The notes beneath the pieces are model-generated. The model saw nothing but the letters and a program-made list of their open reading frames with translations, made no database searches and was not told where the DNA came from. From Thermoplasmata archaeon (GTDB lineage: Archaea; Thermoplasmatota; Thermoplasmata; UBA10834): DNA of 64,000 nt. A program made the position numbers and the translations under genes. Below are positions 54,492 through 62,975 of the stretch, one piece after another. The DNA lies in contig JAJYIS010000001.1 in assembly GCA_021789945.1 (NCBI GenBank), positions 13,476-77,475 on the forward strand, written 5' to 3'. Position 1 is the first letter of the stretch, and the number at the start of each line of letters is the position of its first letter.

Positions 54492-56399
54492 ATGCCGGAA
54501 GATGAACGCTCTGAGAGCATCGAAGGGAAATGGTACTCCTACCCACCGTTGCGAAATGCAATGATATCCGGAATCTTGACCGGACTGACCTTCGGATTGC
54601 TGCTGTCGGGCCTCGCATCTCTCTCTCTTGGAGTCTACATCTACACAATTGCCATGATCATAGGAGGATATCATTGGGGCAGAGAGGGAATAGAGCGCCT
54701 TGTGGAAGAACACAAGATTGGCATCGACATATTGATGCTCGCGGCAGCGACTGGAGCTGTCATCCTCGGAGTCTGGGAAGAGGCGGCCTTTCTCGTCTTC
54801 CTGTTCGCTGCTGCCGAGGGCATCGAAGAATTCGCCTATGCAAAGACCAGGTCGTCTATCAGGGCACTGCTAGATCTTGCACCAAAGGAAGCTAGGATTC
54901 TGAGGAATGGTTCGGAGGAGATGATTCCGGCTAGTGGGCTGAAGATTGGTGACATCTTCCTCGTGAGAGCAAGCGAAAGTATTCCGACAGATGGTGTTAT
55001 CCTCCGCGGGACATCGAGCGTGAATGAAGCTCCTGTGACAGGAGAGTCGAATCCTGTTGCGAAAGAACCGGGCACGAAGGTCTTTGCAGCGACGATCAAT
55101 CTCGACGGATTTCTCGAGGTCAGGGCGACCGCTTCCTTTCTCGACAACACCCTCTCAAAGATCATTCACATGGTCGAGGAGGCACAGGAGAGGAAGGGCA
55201 AGGTGCAGATGTTCATCGAACGGTTTGGAGATATCTACAGTCCCATCGTGCTCCTCTCCGCGATGCTTCTTGTGGTCATGCCACCCCTATTTGGTGATTC
55301 ATCCTCGATATGGGCCATGAAGGCGGTCGTCCTTCTTGTCGCTGCGGCGCCTTGCGCCCTAGTAATGTCTACGCCTGTCGCCATTGCAGCCGGCATTGGC
55401 AGAGCGGGAAAGAAGGGGGTTCTCATCAAGGGAGGCGTTCACCTTGAGTCCTTGGGCAAGATCAGAGTTGTGGCTTTCGACAAGACTGGCACTTTGACGA
55501 GAGGCGAGCCTGCAGTCACTGATGTTGTTCCATTTGAAGGAGACGAGTCCAGGTTGCTGGATTTGGCGTGCAGTGTCGAGAGGTGTTCAGAGCATCCGAT
55601 AGCCAAAGCGATAATGAAAAGGGCGTCCACCTCAAATGCGACTAAATCCCAAGGCTCCAATTTCTGTGCTGTTCCCGGCTTTGGCGAGAAGGCGAAGGTG
55701 GGCGATTGCACGGCGTACGTCGGGAAGCCCGAGCTCTTTGGAAAGGCGGCTATTGGTCCAGAGATCTGGGAGCGGATGAAAGCGCTTCAGAAGGAAGGCA
55801 AGACAACGGTGCTCATCGGGAAAGAGGACTCGGTCTATGGAATTGTTGCGTTGAGAGATGAGATCAGACCGGAGGCGAAGGCCGCACTCGCCAGACTCCG
55901 TGCCAGAGGCGTCAAGACCATTATGCTTACAGGAGACAACCCCGCCACCGCCGCGGCTGTTGCCAGGGATTTAGGAATCCAAGAATTCAGAGCCAACCTG
56001 AAGCCCGGAGACAAGATTGAAGCAATCAAAACCTTGAAAGAGAAGTATGGGGAGATCTTGATGGTGGGAGATGGTATCAATGACGCTCCTGCACTAGCAC
56101 AGGCCACGGTTGGAGTTGCGATGGGGACCATTGGCACCGATGCGGCCATTGAAGCGGCGGATGTCGCCCTAATGGCGGATGATCTTGGGATGATTCCCTT
56201 CGCGCTTGAATTAGGCGATAAGGCCAGAAGAATCAGCAGGCAGAACATCATCTTCTCGATCGCGTTGCTTTCGGTTATGATACCTTCTGCCCTGATTGGC
56301 TTGATCACAATAGCGGGGGCGGTAATATTGCACGAGACCTCAGAACTCATTGCAGTTGCCAATGGAATTCGGGTCGGAAATGATTCCAAGAATGTGTGA
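54492..56399 (+). CDS. Heavy-metal P1B-type ATPase (P1B-4-like: APC and HETS motifs, no N-terminal metal-binding domain)
   Basis: TGES, APCALVMSTP, DKTGT, SEHP, GDGIND and LHETSE motifs. Confidence 0.93.
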   Translation: MPEDERSESIEGKWYSYPPLRNAMISGILTGLTFGLLLSGLASLSLGVYIYTIAMIIGGYHWGREGIERLVEEHKIGIDILMLAAATGAVILGVWEEAAFLVFLFAAAEGIEEFAYAKTRSSIRALLDLAPKEARILRNGSEEMIPASGLKIGDIFLVRASESIPTDGVILRGTSSVNEAPVTGESNPVAKEPGTKVFAATINLDGFLEVRATASFLDNTLSKIIHMVEEAQERKGKVQMFIERFGDIYSPIVLLSAMLLVVMPPLFGDSSSIWAMKAVVLLVAAAPCALVMSTPVAIAAGIGRAGKKGVLIKGGVHLESLGKIRVVAFDKTGTLTRGEPAVTDVVPFEGDESRLLDLACSVERCSEHPIAKAIMKRASTSNATKSQGSNFCAVPGFGEKAKVGDCTAYVGKPELFGKAAIGPEIWERMKALQKEGKTTVLIGKEDSVYGIVALRDEIRPEAKAALARLRARGVKTIMLTGDNPATAAAVARDLGIQEFRANLKPGDKIEAIKTLKEKYGEILMVGDGINDAPALAQATVGVAMGTIGTDAAIEAADVALMADDLGMIPFALELGDKARRISRQNIIFSIALLSVMIPSALIGLITIAGAVILHETSELIAVANGIRVGNDSKNV

Positions 56400-56416
56400 G
56401 AAAGGTGACCCTAGTT

Positions 56417-57094
56417 TCAGGTTTCAATCTCGATGCGGACCTTGTTCGTCATTCCGTATCTCAATTTCGAAACAACCCCTTTCTCCTCAAGTCTGTCTAT
56501 GACCCTTGATACTTTGGCGTCCGACATCTTGGTTCTGGGCATCAAATCCTTCTGGAGAGCCTCACCACCAGAATCCATCAATGCTTTGAACATGGACCTT
56601 TCGTCCCCACTAAGAAGGCGAAGAGTGAGGTAGTAAGTCGATTGATGACCATTATCGGGCACGGGGGCAATCGATCCCTCGGCGGCAGCCCGAAGACCGG
56701 TTGATGCGGGTTGATCTGACACACTAGGAGTTGTTCTGGCCTGGGAGCTGGAGAGAATGTCTGGTTCTGACAGGACTCTCCCGGGCGCTCCGATTGCAGA
56801 AGTAGAGGGCGTTGAAGGAATAGTAGGAATTGCCGATTGAGGCAATGGCTCGTATTCTTGCCTGAAGAGGAGGTACATCAGTCCCGATGTGAACATGAAA
56901 GCGCCAATAATCGCGATTAGGAGGTTAGTGGCAGTATATGCAGTCATTGTGCTTGGCATCTGGTCCATCCACATGCCACTCTGAGTCGTAGTGCGTGTTG
57001 TCGTCAAGATAAACGAGATTACCATCAGGATGAGACCCGCAATCACAAGCCCTAATGGCAGAACGTTGTGTTCCCAGTTCCTTCTTTGGACCAT
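56417..57094 (-). CDS. Membrane-anchored HTH protein (COG2512-like)
   Basis: Two TM helices, a Pro/Ser/Thr linker and C-terminal LSGDER...QKDL...SDAKVSRVIDRLEEKG..YGMTNKV. Confidence 0.8.
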   Translation of the reverse strand: MVQRRNWEHNVLPLGLVIAGLILMVISFILTTTRTTTQSGMWMDQMPSTMTAYTATNLLIAIIGAFMFTSGLMYLLFRQEYEPLPQSAIPTIPSTPSTSAIGAPGRVLSEPDILSSSQARTTPSVSDQPASTGLRAAAEGSIAPVPDNGHQSTYYLTLRLLSGDERSMFKALMDSGGEALQKDLMPRTKMSDAKVSRVIDRLEEKGVVSKLRYGMTNKVRIEIET

Positions 57095-57529
57095 CTCCGC
57101 TTGCCTCCTTTCAACTCCCTGCCGTCCTATCCGACTTCGTGCAGAAGATGAGGATCATCTCTCCGGTATGAATATCAGACCACGCTGAGGGTGAGATGCC
57201 TTCCGCATACGATACCTAGGAGCCACAATATTAGTGCCTTTCCCTTTACGCTTTCTTAGTTGACCTCGATGTCGGGCTCAAGATCCATCAGATCTGGGGC
57301 CGGAACTGACTGGGTGGACGAAACAAAGAAGACTCTTCATTATCGTCAGAGCGTGAGGGAGCGCCCCAAACACTCTCAGTTCTTTCCTCCACCAAGGGTC
57401 TGCATGTGAAGTTCTCAGGAGATTGTTCCGAAGGACAACCGCACGAAGGGTGAGGGACCAGACAACGGAAGTATTCGAATCGTGACAAGAATTATGCGTG
57501 CTACCATGGATAACGGAAAGGAGGCAGAC

Positions 57530-58627
57530 ATGGCCACCGCAGTCAAGAAGGCTATCCAAGAGCTAGAGCAAGGAATGAAGCTGGGGAAATGCAAGAAATG
57601 TGGATGCATGCGGGATTTGCTGCAGACATTGGAGGCCTCTCTGCCAGGCCTGAACAGTGAAGAGGCGTCGCTGCTACTTGAAAGAGTCGGGTTTTGGATC
57701 GGTCAGCTCCAGGAGACACAGTATTCCTGTCTAGGCTGCAAACACTGTCACCCTTCCGTCGCCACGAATGCACTCAACAAGAAGTTCCCGGGGATTGATG
57801 CCGGGGACGTGTGCGGCTCGTTCGAGGTGGGCGAGGGGTGGCCTGCTGTGCCTGGCGAATATCATGTGCTATCTCGTGACTCAAGCTCCGCCGTTGCGAT
57901 TTCCACTCTAGCGAATGCTGAGCTGGCGGACGACCTGGCGGATCGATCGCCTAAGGGATTGGCAATCGTCGGGAAGACCGAAACGGAGAACATAGGCATC
58001 GACAAGGTGATCAAGAACATTGTGACCAATCCTTCGATTCGCTACCTGGTCCTATGCGGCGATGAACCGAAAGGACACATGAGCGGCCACACTCTGGAGA
58101 AGCTATGGGAGAACGGTGTTGATGACAGCATGAGGGTAATCGGCTCATCAGGCAAGAGACCGATCCTCAGGAACGTCTCCAGACATGAGATCGAGGCGTT
58201 TAGGAAGCAGGTGAAGGTCATCGACATGATCGGCGAAGAGAATCCGCAGGCCATCATTGCAGGAGTGAGCGATCTTGCAGGCAAGATCCTGCCCTCGGCC
58301 TCCCGCAATTGCGGCAAGTCTGTGAAGGTACCACCAGGTGCTGGAAAGGCTATCGAAGCGAAGAAACATAAGGACACCAACCTAGACAAAGCTGGATACT
58401 TCGTCATTATACCCCAGGGTGAAGGTCTCATTATGGTTGAGCACTACTCTTACGAGAACAAGTTGCTGAGAACCCTAAGAGGGACGAATGCTAGAGACAT
58501 CTACTTGACCGTCATCGAGAACGGATGGGTGACCGAGTTGAGCCATGCTGCGTATCTGGGAAAGGAACTGACTCTGGCTGAACTATCGATGAAGTCGGAT
58601 GTCAGATATGTTCAGGACAGGGCATGA
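57530..58627 (+). CDS. Cys-rich N-domain + MtrA-like cobamide-binding domain + DUF4346 fusion protein
   Basis: WPAVPGEY, AIVGKTETENIGIDKVIKNIVTNPSIRYLVLCGDEPKGHMSG and IEAFRKQV (MtrA-like); DKAGYFVI...SHAAYLGKEL (DUF4346); GGAGG SD before ATG 57530. Confidence 0.85.
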   Translation: MATAVKKAIQELEQGMKLGKCKKCGCMRDLLQTLEASLPGLNSEEASLLLERVGFWIGQLQETQYSCLGCKHCHPSVATNALNKKFPGIDAGDVCGSFEVGEGWPAVPGEYHVLSRDSSSAVAISTLANAELADDLADRSPKGLAIVGKTETENIGIDKVIKNIVTNPSIRYLVLCGDEPKGHMSGHTLEKLWENGVDDSMRVIGSSGKRPILRNVSRHEIEAFRKQVKVIDMIGEENPQAIIAGVSDLAGKILPSASRNCGKSVKVPPGAGKAIEAKKHKDTNLDKAGYFVIIPQGEGLIMVEHYSYENKLLRTLRGTNARDIYLTVIENGWVTELSHAAYLGKELTLAELSMKSDVRYVQDRA

Positions 58628-58866
58628 GGCTGGGGAATTGCGTTGAATGGAGAATGATAGCGTATCATGGACAGGTCATCACACATGGGTCCCAACAACG
58701 AGCTGGGCAGAGACCATGGCATGTGAGTCTACCCTTGGGCTTCATCACCAAGTAACGTGCGAGGGCCTGCAGAATCCGATTCTTGATAGAAGATGAGAGG
58801 GTGATCTGGAGACGATTCGCTGAGATTCCTCTTTGACTCGATCAAAAAGAACGAATGTCTGACTCT

Positions 58867-58884
58867 AGCGAGTTCAAGGCTCGC
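58867..58884 (+). repeat. Direct repeat copy 2, AGCGAGTTCAAGGCTCGC, within an extended hairpin TAGCGAG-TTCAAGG-CTCGCTA
   Basis: Exact match to 53365-53382. Confidence 0.85.
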
Positions 58885-58900
58885 TAAGTCCATCTGTCCT

Positions 58901-59266
58901 CTAATCGCACTCAGCTAGCGCCTTTGTCCCTCGGGGAGTTATCGAATATATCATCCAGTTCTTAGTCCTCCTCGAAGAGACTAAACCAGCTCTCTCGAGA
59001 ACGTTGAGATGGTAAGACAGCTTGGAATCAGACAACTCTGCAATCCGCTTTAGTATGCAAGGGCAGAGATCCACTATGGAGAGTGCCCAGAGCAGTCTGA
59101 GCCGGACCGGGTCCGAGAGGGCCTGGTGTCGCCTAGCCATACTCTTCATCTTCGACTCCTTGGGAAGTCGCTCGATGAGCTTACTAAGCCCGCCTAGCTT
59201 GGAGAGTCGCACGGCAACCTTCTCCGGAAGCTCCAGTGGAGTTCCATCCTTTCCGCAACAGAGCAT
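58901..59266 (-). CDS. arsR: ArsR/SmtB-family repressor
   Basis: ALSDPVRLRLL, DLCPCIL and SKLSYHLNVLERAGLV motifs; N-terminal CC. Confidence 0.88.
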   Translation of the reverse strand: MLCCGKDGTPLELPEKVAVRLSKLGGLSKLIERLPKESKMKSMARRHQALSDPVRLRLLWALSIVDLCPCILKRIAELSDSKLSYHLNVLERAGLVSSRRTKNWMIYSITPRGTKALAECD

Positions 59267-59307
59267 TTCAAAATCTTTTGAAACCACAAACCCTTTATAG
59301 TCGGCTG

Positions 59308-59333
59308 AGTATTTCAAGTTTTGTAGAAATACT
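59308..59333. promoter_or_regulatory. Candidate ArsR operator AGTATTTC-N10-GAAATACT, just downstream of a TTTATAG box
   Basis: Perfect 8-bp inverted repeat between divergent arsR and the fdx-acr3 operon. Confidence 0.45.
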
Positions 59334-59425
59334 GAGGGGAATCAAATGGGCCCCGCATTCGCTGCAAATCGGGTTTCGTCGGTCGGTGAGCTGATGGATT
59401 CGATATCTCACAGGAGGGCGAAGGT

Positions 59426-59713
59426 ATGAGCAAGCGTATGTACAACGGACTTCCCAGAGAAGAGATTCCATGGTTCCCCCGAGTCGATTCTAAGCGCTGC
59501 ACTGGCTGCGGTACCTGCATCAGGATCTGTCCGAACAAGGTCTACCGAGAAAGAGACGGCAAGCCCGAAGTCGCGGACCCCTTTGGCTGTGTGGTGGGTT
59601 GCTCTGGCTGTGTGCCCCAGTGCCCGGGACAGGCAATCTCATTTCCATCCCTGATCGAGCTCAGAGATGTCCTGAAATCTCTCGAGACAAAGTACGCCAA
59701 GAAGGCTAGGTGA
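59426..59713 (+). CDS. 2x[4Fe-4S] ferredoxin
   Basis: CTGCGTCIRICP and CVVGCSGCVPQCP motifs. Confidence 0.9.
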   Translation: MSKRMYNGLPREEIPWFPRVDSKRCTGCGTCIRICPNKVYRERDGKPEVADPFGCVVGCSGCVPQCPGQAISFPSLIELRDVLKSLETKYAKKAR

Positions 59714-59717
59714 TATC

Positions 59718-60851
59718 ATATCAACTTCAGGAGAAAGTTCCGGCGATGGCGCAGTCCCCGCGAAGAAACAGCTTTCCTTCCTGAATAAGTACCTGACAGT
59801 TTGGATCTTCCTGGCGATCTTCATAGGTGTCGGTCTGGGAGCAGCTGTCCCCGGCATTGCCGACGGCCTCAACAAATTGAGTATTGGAACCACATCCATT
59901 CCTATCGCCATTGGCCTAATTCTCATGATGTGGCCCCCGCTGGCCAGAGTGAAGTACGAAGAACTTAGGGAGATTCCCAAGCAGCCGGAGGCCAAGTTGA
60001 TGTTCGGCACATCGCTGGCCCTGAACTACATTGTTGGCCCCTTGCTTATGTTCGCATTGGCATGGATCTTCCTTCCTGACAACGTCTATTTCCGCATCGG
60101 CTTGATACTCGTCGGCGTGGCACGCTGCATCGCTATGGTCATTGTCTGGAACGGCCTCGCCGATGGGGATGCGGAATACGCGGCGATCCTAGTGGCACTC
60201 AACTCGGTCTTCCAGATTGCCCTATACTCCTTCTACGCCTACTTCCTAGTGGCCATCGCATCAAACTGGGTGTCCCCCGGCTCGGGCACGGAGATAAGAA
60301 TCGGAGTGTGGGAGGTCGCGCAGAGCGTCCTGATATATCTGGGCCTCCCGTTCGCGATGGGCATAGCGACGAGATATCTGCTGCTGCCAAGAAGAGGAGC
60401 CGATTGGTACAACAACAAGCTCATGCCAGTACTTGGTAGGGTTTCCCTCCTCGCGCTGCTGTTCACAATCGTCGTGATGTTCGCCTTCAAGGGCGAGTAC
60501 ATCCTCGACCGGCCGCTAGACGTCGTCAGGATCGCGATACCCCTGGTGTTCTACTTCGTCATAATGTTCTTCCTGTCATTCGGACTGTCGATCAAGCTCA
60601 AGTTTGACTATCCGCATGCGACGGCGCAGAGCTTCACCGCGGCCAGCAACAACTTCGAGCTAGCCATCGCGGTGGCCATAGGCGTGTTCGGCATCGGGTC
60701 GTTGGTAGCCTTCGCTGCCGTGATTGGACCTCTGGTGGAGGTGCCGGTCTTGATTAGCCTAGTGAACGTGGCTCTCTGGATTAGGAAGAGGTACTATGGC
60801 GCGGACGGGAGGCTTCTGTCTTCCCCAGCCGCTCCTGCCAGAGGCGAATAA
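59718..60851 (+). CDS. acr3: ACR3 arsenite/antimonite efflux transporter (start appears to be ATA)
   Basis: LSFLNKYLTVWIFLA, MMWPPLARV, ARCIAMV, SNNFELAIAVA and GPLVEVP motifs. Confidence 0.93.
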   Translation: MSTSGESSGDGAVPAKKQLSFLNKYLTVWIFLAIFIGVGLGAAVPGIADGLNKLSIGTTSIPIAIGLILMMWPPLARVKYEELREIPKQPEAKLMFGTSLALNYIVGPLLMFALAWIFLPDNVYFRIGLILVGVARCIAMVIVWNGLADGDAEYAAILVALNSVFQIALYSFYAYFLVAIASNWVSPGSGTEIRIGVWEVAQSVLIYLGLPFAMGIATRYLLLPRRGADWYNNKLMPVLGRVSLLALLFTIVVMFAFKGEYILDRPLDVVRIAIPLVFYFVIMFFLSFGLSIKLKFDYPHATAQSFTAASNNFELAIAVAIGVFGIGSLVAFAAVIGPLVEVPVLISLVNVALWIRKRYYGADGRLLSSPAAPARGE

Positions 60852-61021
60852 TGATCTGTGAGACCTGCCGCCTCCATCCCGACTGCGAGTTGGGGCCTCC
60901 GAAGGAGGGTGAGACTTGCCCCTACTTCCAGCCGAAGGAGACGCTCCAATTGACATTCACGGAAGAAGGATGGAAGATGGGGGAGTGAAAGAATCCGGAA
61001 TAAGAAACGAGTGTGAGAAAA

Positions 61022-61660
61022 ATGGAAAACGAGAAGCAGGTAAAGCTGCCAGATTGGACATGGGAGTTCCACGGCCACCGCTGCCCGTTCATGCCGATAG
61101 GGTACCGGATGGGGGCGATAGCCTTGCGGGAACTCGGGATCGAGAAAGTCAAAGACCACGGCGCGTTCGCGCTGCCGGAGATGGGCGTGGGCCATCCGCA
61201 GACGTGCATGATGGACGGGGTCATGTCTGCGACCGGATGCACCTACGGGAAGCTGATGATGGAGCGGCTGAACTACGGCAAGGTCGCGAGCATCGTACAT
61301 GCTCCCGGGAAAGGTGCGGTAAGGGTCTACCTCGAGTCCGACTTCCAGGACGAGCTGGGCAAGGAGGAGTTCTTCGCCTACAGGAAGCGAGGCGTCGAGC
61401 CATCGGACATACCTTCTGAGGTGACCGAGCGTGCGGTGAAAATCGTGCTCGAGACACCCGAGGACGACATGTTCAAAATCGAGAAGCTGCCGGACTTCAA
61501 GTTCTCCAGGCCGAAGGGTTCTTTCGCGAAGGTGAAGTGCTCGAAGTGCGGGGAGTACGTCTTTGAACGCTATGTCCGGACTGTTGAGGGCGAGCCCGTG
61601 TGCATACCCTGCTCTGGGTTCACAGAATCGAGACTTGATGCCCTAAAAGCTATACAGTGA
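61022..61660 (+). CDS. FmdE-family protein with C-terminal zinc finger
   Basis: FHGHRCP, CMMDGVMSATGCTYGK, CSKCGE...CIPC motifs. Confidence 0.88.
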   Translation: MENEKQVKLPDWTWEFHGHRCPFMPIGYRMGAIALRELGIEKVKDHGAFALPEMGVGHPQTCMMDGVMSATGCTYGKLMMERLNYGKVASIVHAPGKGAVRVYLESDFQDELGKEEFFAYRKRGVEPSDIPSEVTERAVKIVLETPEDDMFKIEKLPDFKFSRPKGSFAKVKCSKCGEYVFERYVRTVEGEPVCIPCSGFTESRLDALKAIQ

Positions 61661-61672
61661 GAGGAATCGAGA

Positions 61673-62446
61673 ATGGACCTCACGCTCCTGGCCGCCATCA
61701 TATCCGTCCTTCTGATATCCCTAGTGTTCTCGATGTTCGGCCAGGGGGGAGGATCTCTCTACACCCCCGTCCTCTTCCTCCTGGGGTATGCCACGCTTGT
61801 GTCGATCTCCACCTCCCTGGTCCTCAACCTGGTGACCGCGTTCTCGGCGACTCTGATCTACTACAGGAACAAGATGGTGGACCTGAAGCTCTCGCTGGCC
61901 TTCATTCCGGGGATATGCATAGGAGCACTCATAGGAGGAGCCTCCACGAAGTACGTGGACTCGACTCTCCTGATGTGGCTGTTCGTGGTGTTCCTAATCG
62001 GTGCCGGCGGCAGGATGGTGTACACCTACTGGGAGAAGACGAGGGAGAATGAATCATGTCCTCTGAAGTTAACGAATCCGATGTTCGCGCTGATTACGGT
62101 CTTCAGCTTCGGTGTCGGGATCATGTCCGGGCTCCTCGGAGTGGGGGGCGGGATAGTCATAGTGCCGTTCCTGATATTCCTGTGCAAGCATCCGACCAAG
62201 GGCGCTGCGGGCACTGCCGCCTTTGTAGTCATTTTCTCCTCCATATTTGGCGTGATAGGACATTCTGCCGTGGGACGCCTGGACACTGGGCTCATTCTCG
62301 CGACCGTGGTGGCGGTGTTCACCGGGGCGCAGATAGGCGCGCGCTACATGGTCAAAGCGAAATCGGATATGATCAAGGTCGGGTTCGGACTAATAATGTG
62401 GCTGTTCGCAGTCCAGCTCGTGCTGAAGCTTCTAGGATACTTGTGA
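61673..62446 (+). CDS. TauE/SafE (TSUP) family sulfite exporter
   Basis: FGQGGGSLYTP and SGLLGVGGGIVIVP repeats; 8 TM-like segments. Confidence 0.9.
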   Translation: MDLTLLAAIISVLLISLVFSMFGQGGGSLYTPVLFLLGYATLVSISTSLVLNLVTAFSATLIYYRNKMVDLKLSLAFIPGICIGALIGGASTKYVDSTLLMWLFVVFLIGAGGRMVYTYWEKTRENESCPLKLTNPMFALITVFSFGVGIMSGLLGVGGGIVIVPFLIFLCKHPTKGAAGTAAFVVIFSSIFGVIGHSAVGRLDTGLILATVVAVFTGAQIGARYMVKAKSDMIKVGFGLIMWLFAVQLVLKLLGYL

Positions 62447-62488
62447 AGGATGGATTGGGAGAAAATGGTGAAGAAGAGAGGTGATTGA

Positions 62489-62932
62489 GTGCCAGAAGAA
62501 AAACAGATGGAATGGAAAGCCGGAGAGAATACGCATGAGAATTTGATATACGCCTGCTTCGGAGGATTGTCAAACACTGGGATAACGGCTACGCTAGCAA
62601 GCATGGAAGCCGTCAAAGACCTTGGGTTGAGGAAAGTGGGAATCGGTTGCCTTGCAGGGCTTCCCATCGAAGTGGAGCCTGTCCTTGGCAAGACTAACGC
62701 GGCAAAGAAGATCATAACGGTTGACGGCTGCCCCTTCGAATGCAGCAAGAAGGTCGTCGAACGGGCCGGGTTCAAGATCGCGAGAAGCATTGTGCTTGTA
62801 AGAGACATCGGAATGAAGAAGAAGCCGTTTCATGAGGACATCGGAGGAGATTTGAAGGGCATGATGAACTACGTCTCCACAGAAGACGTCAGGAAGGCGA
62901 AGGAACTCATAATCCAGGCTATCAGAGAATAG
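62489..62932 (+). CDS. DGC-domain putative zinc-binding protein
   Basis: IYACFGGLSNTG, GCLAG and TVDGCPFECSK motifs. Confidence 0.85.
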   Translation: MPEEKQMEWKAGENTHENLIYACFGGLSNTGITATLASMEAVKDLGLRKVGIGCLAGLPIEVEPVLGKTNAAKKIITVDGCPFECSKKVVERAGFKIARSIVLVRDIGMKKKPFHEDIGGDLKGMMNYVSTEDVRKAKELIIQAIRE

Positions 62933-62975
62933 AAGAACCACGGAAATTCGCACACGAGAAAGGAAGGCGCACGCG

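Noticed and set aside
57095-57529. Short ORFs in the gap between the membrane HTH and MtrA-like genes (57278-57559, 57288-57488, 57415-57609)
   Set aside because: No motifs, atypical composition; likely divergent promoter region
57530-58627. Part of an energy-conserving Mtr complex, or an HgcA mercury methylase
   Set aside because: No mtrB-H genes and no membrane anchor; lacks the HgcA cap-helix motif N(V/I)WCA(A/G)GK and its TM domain
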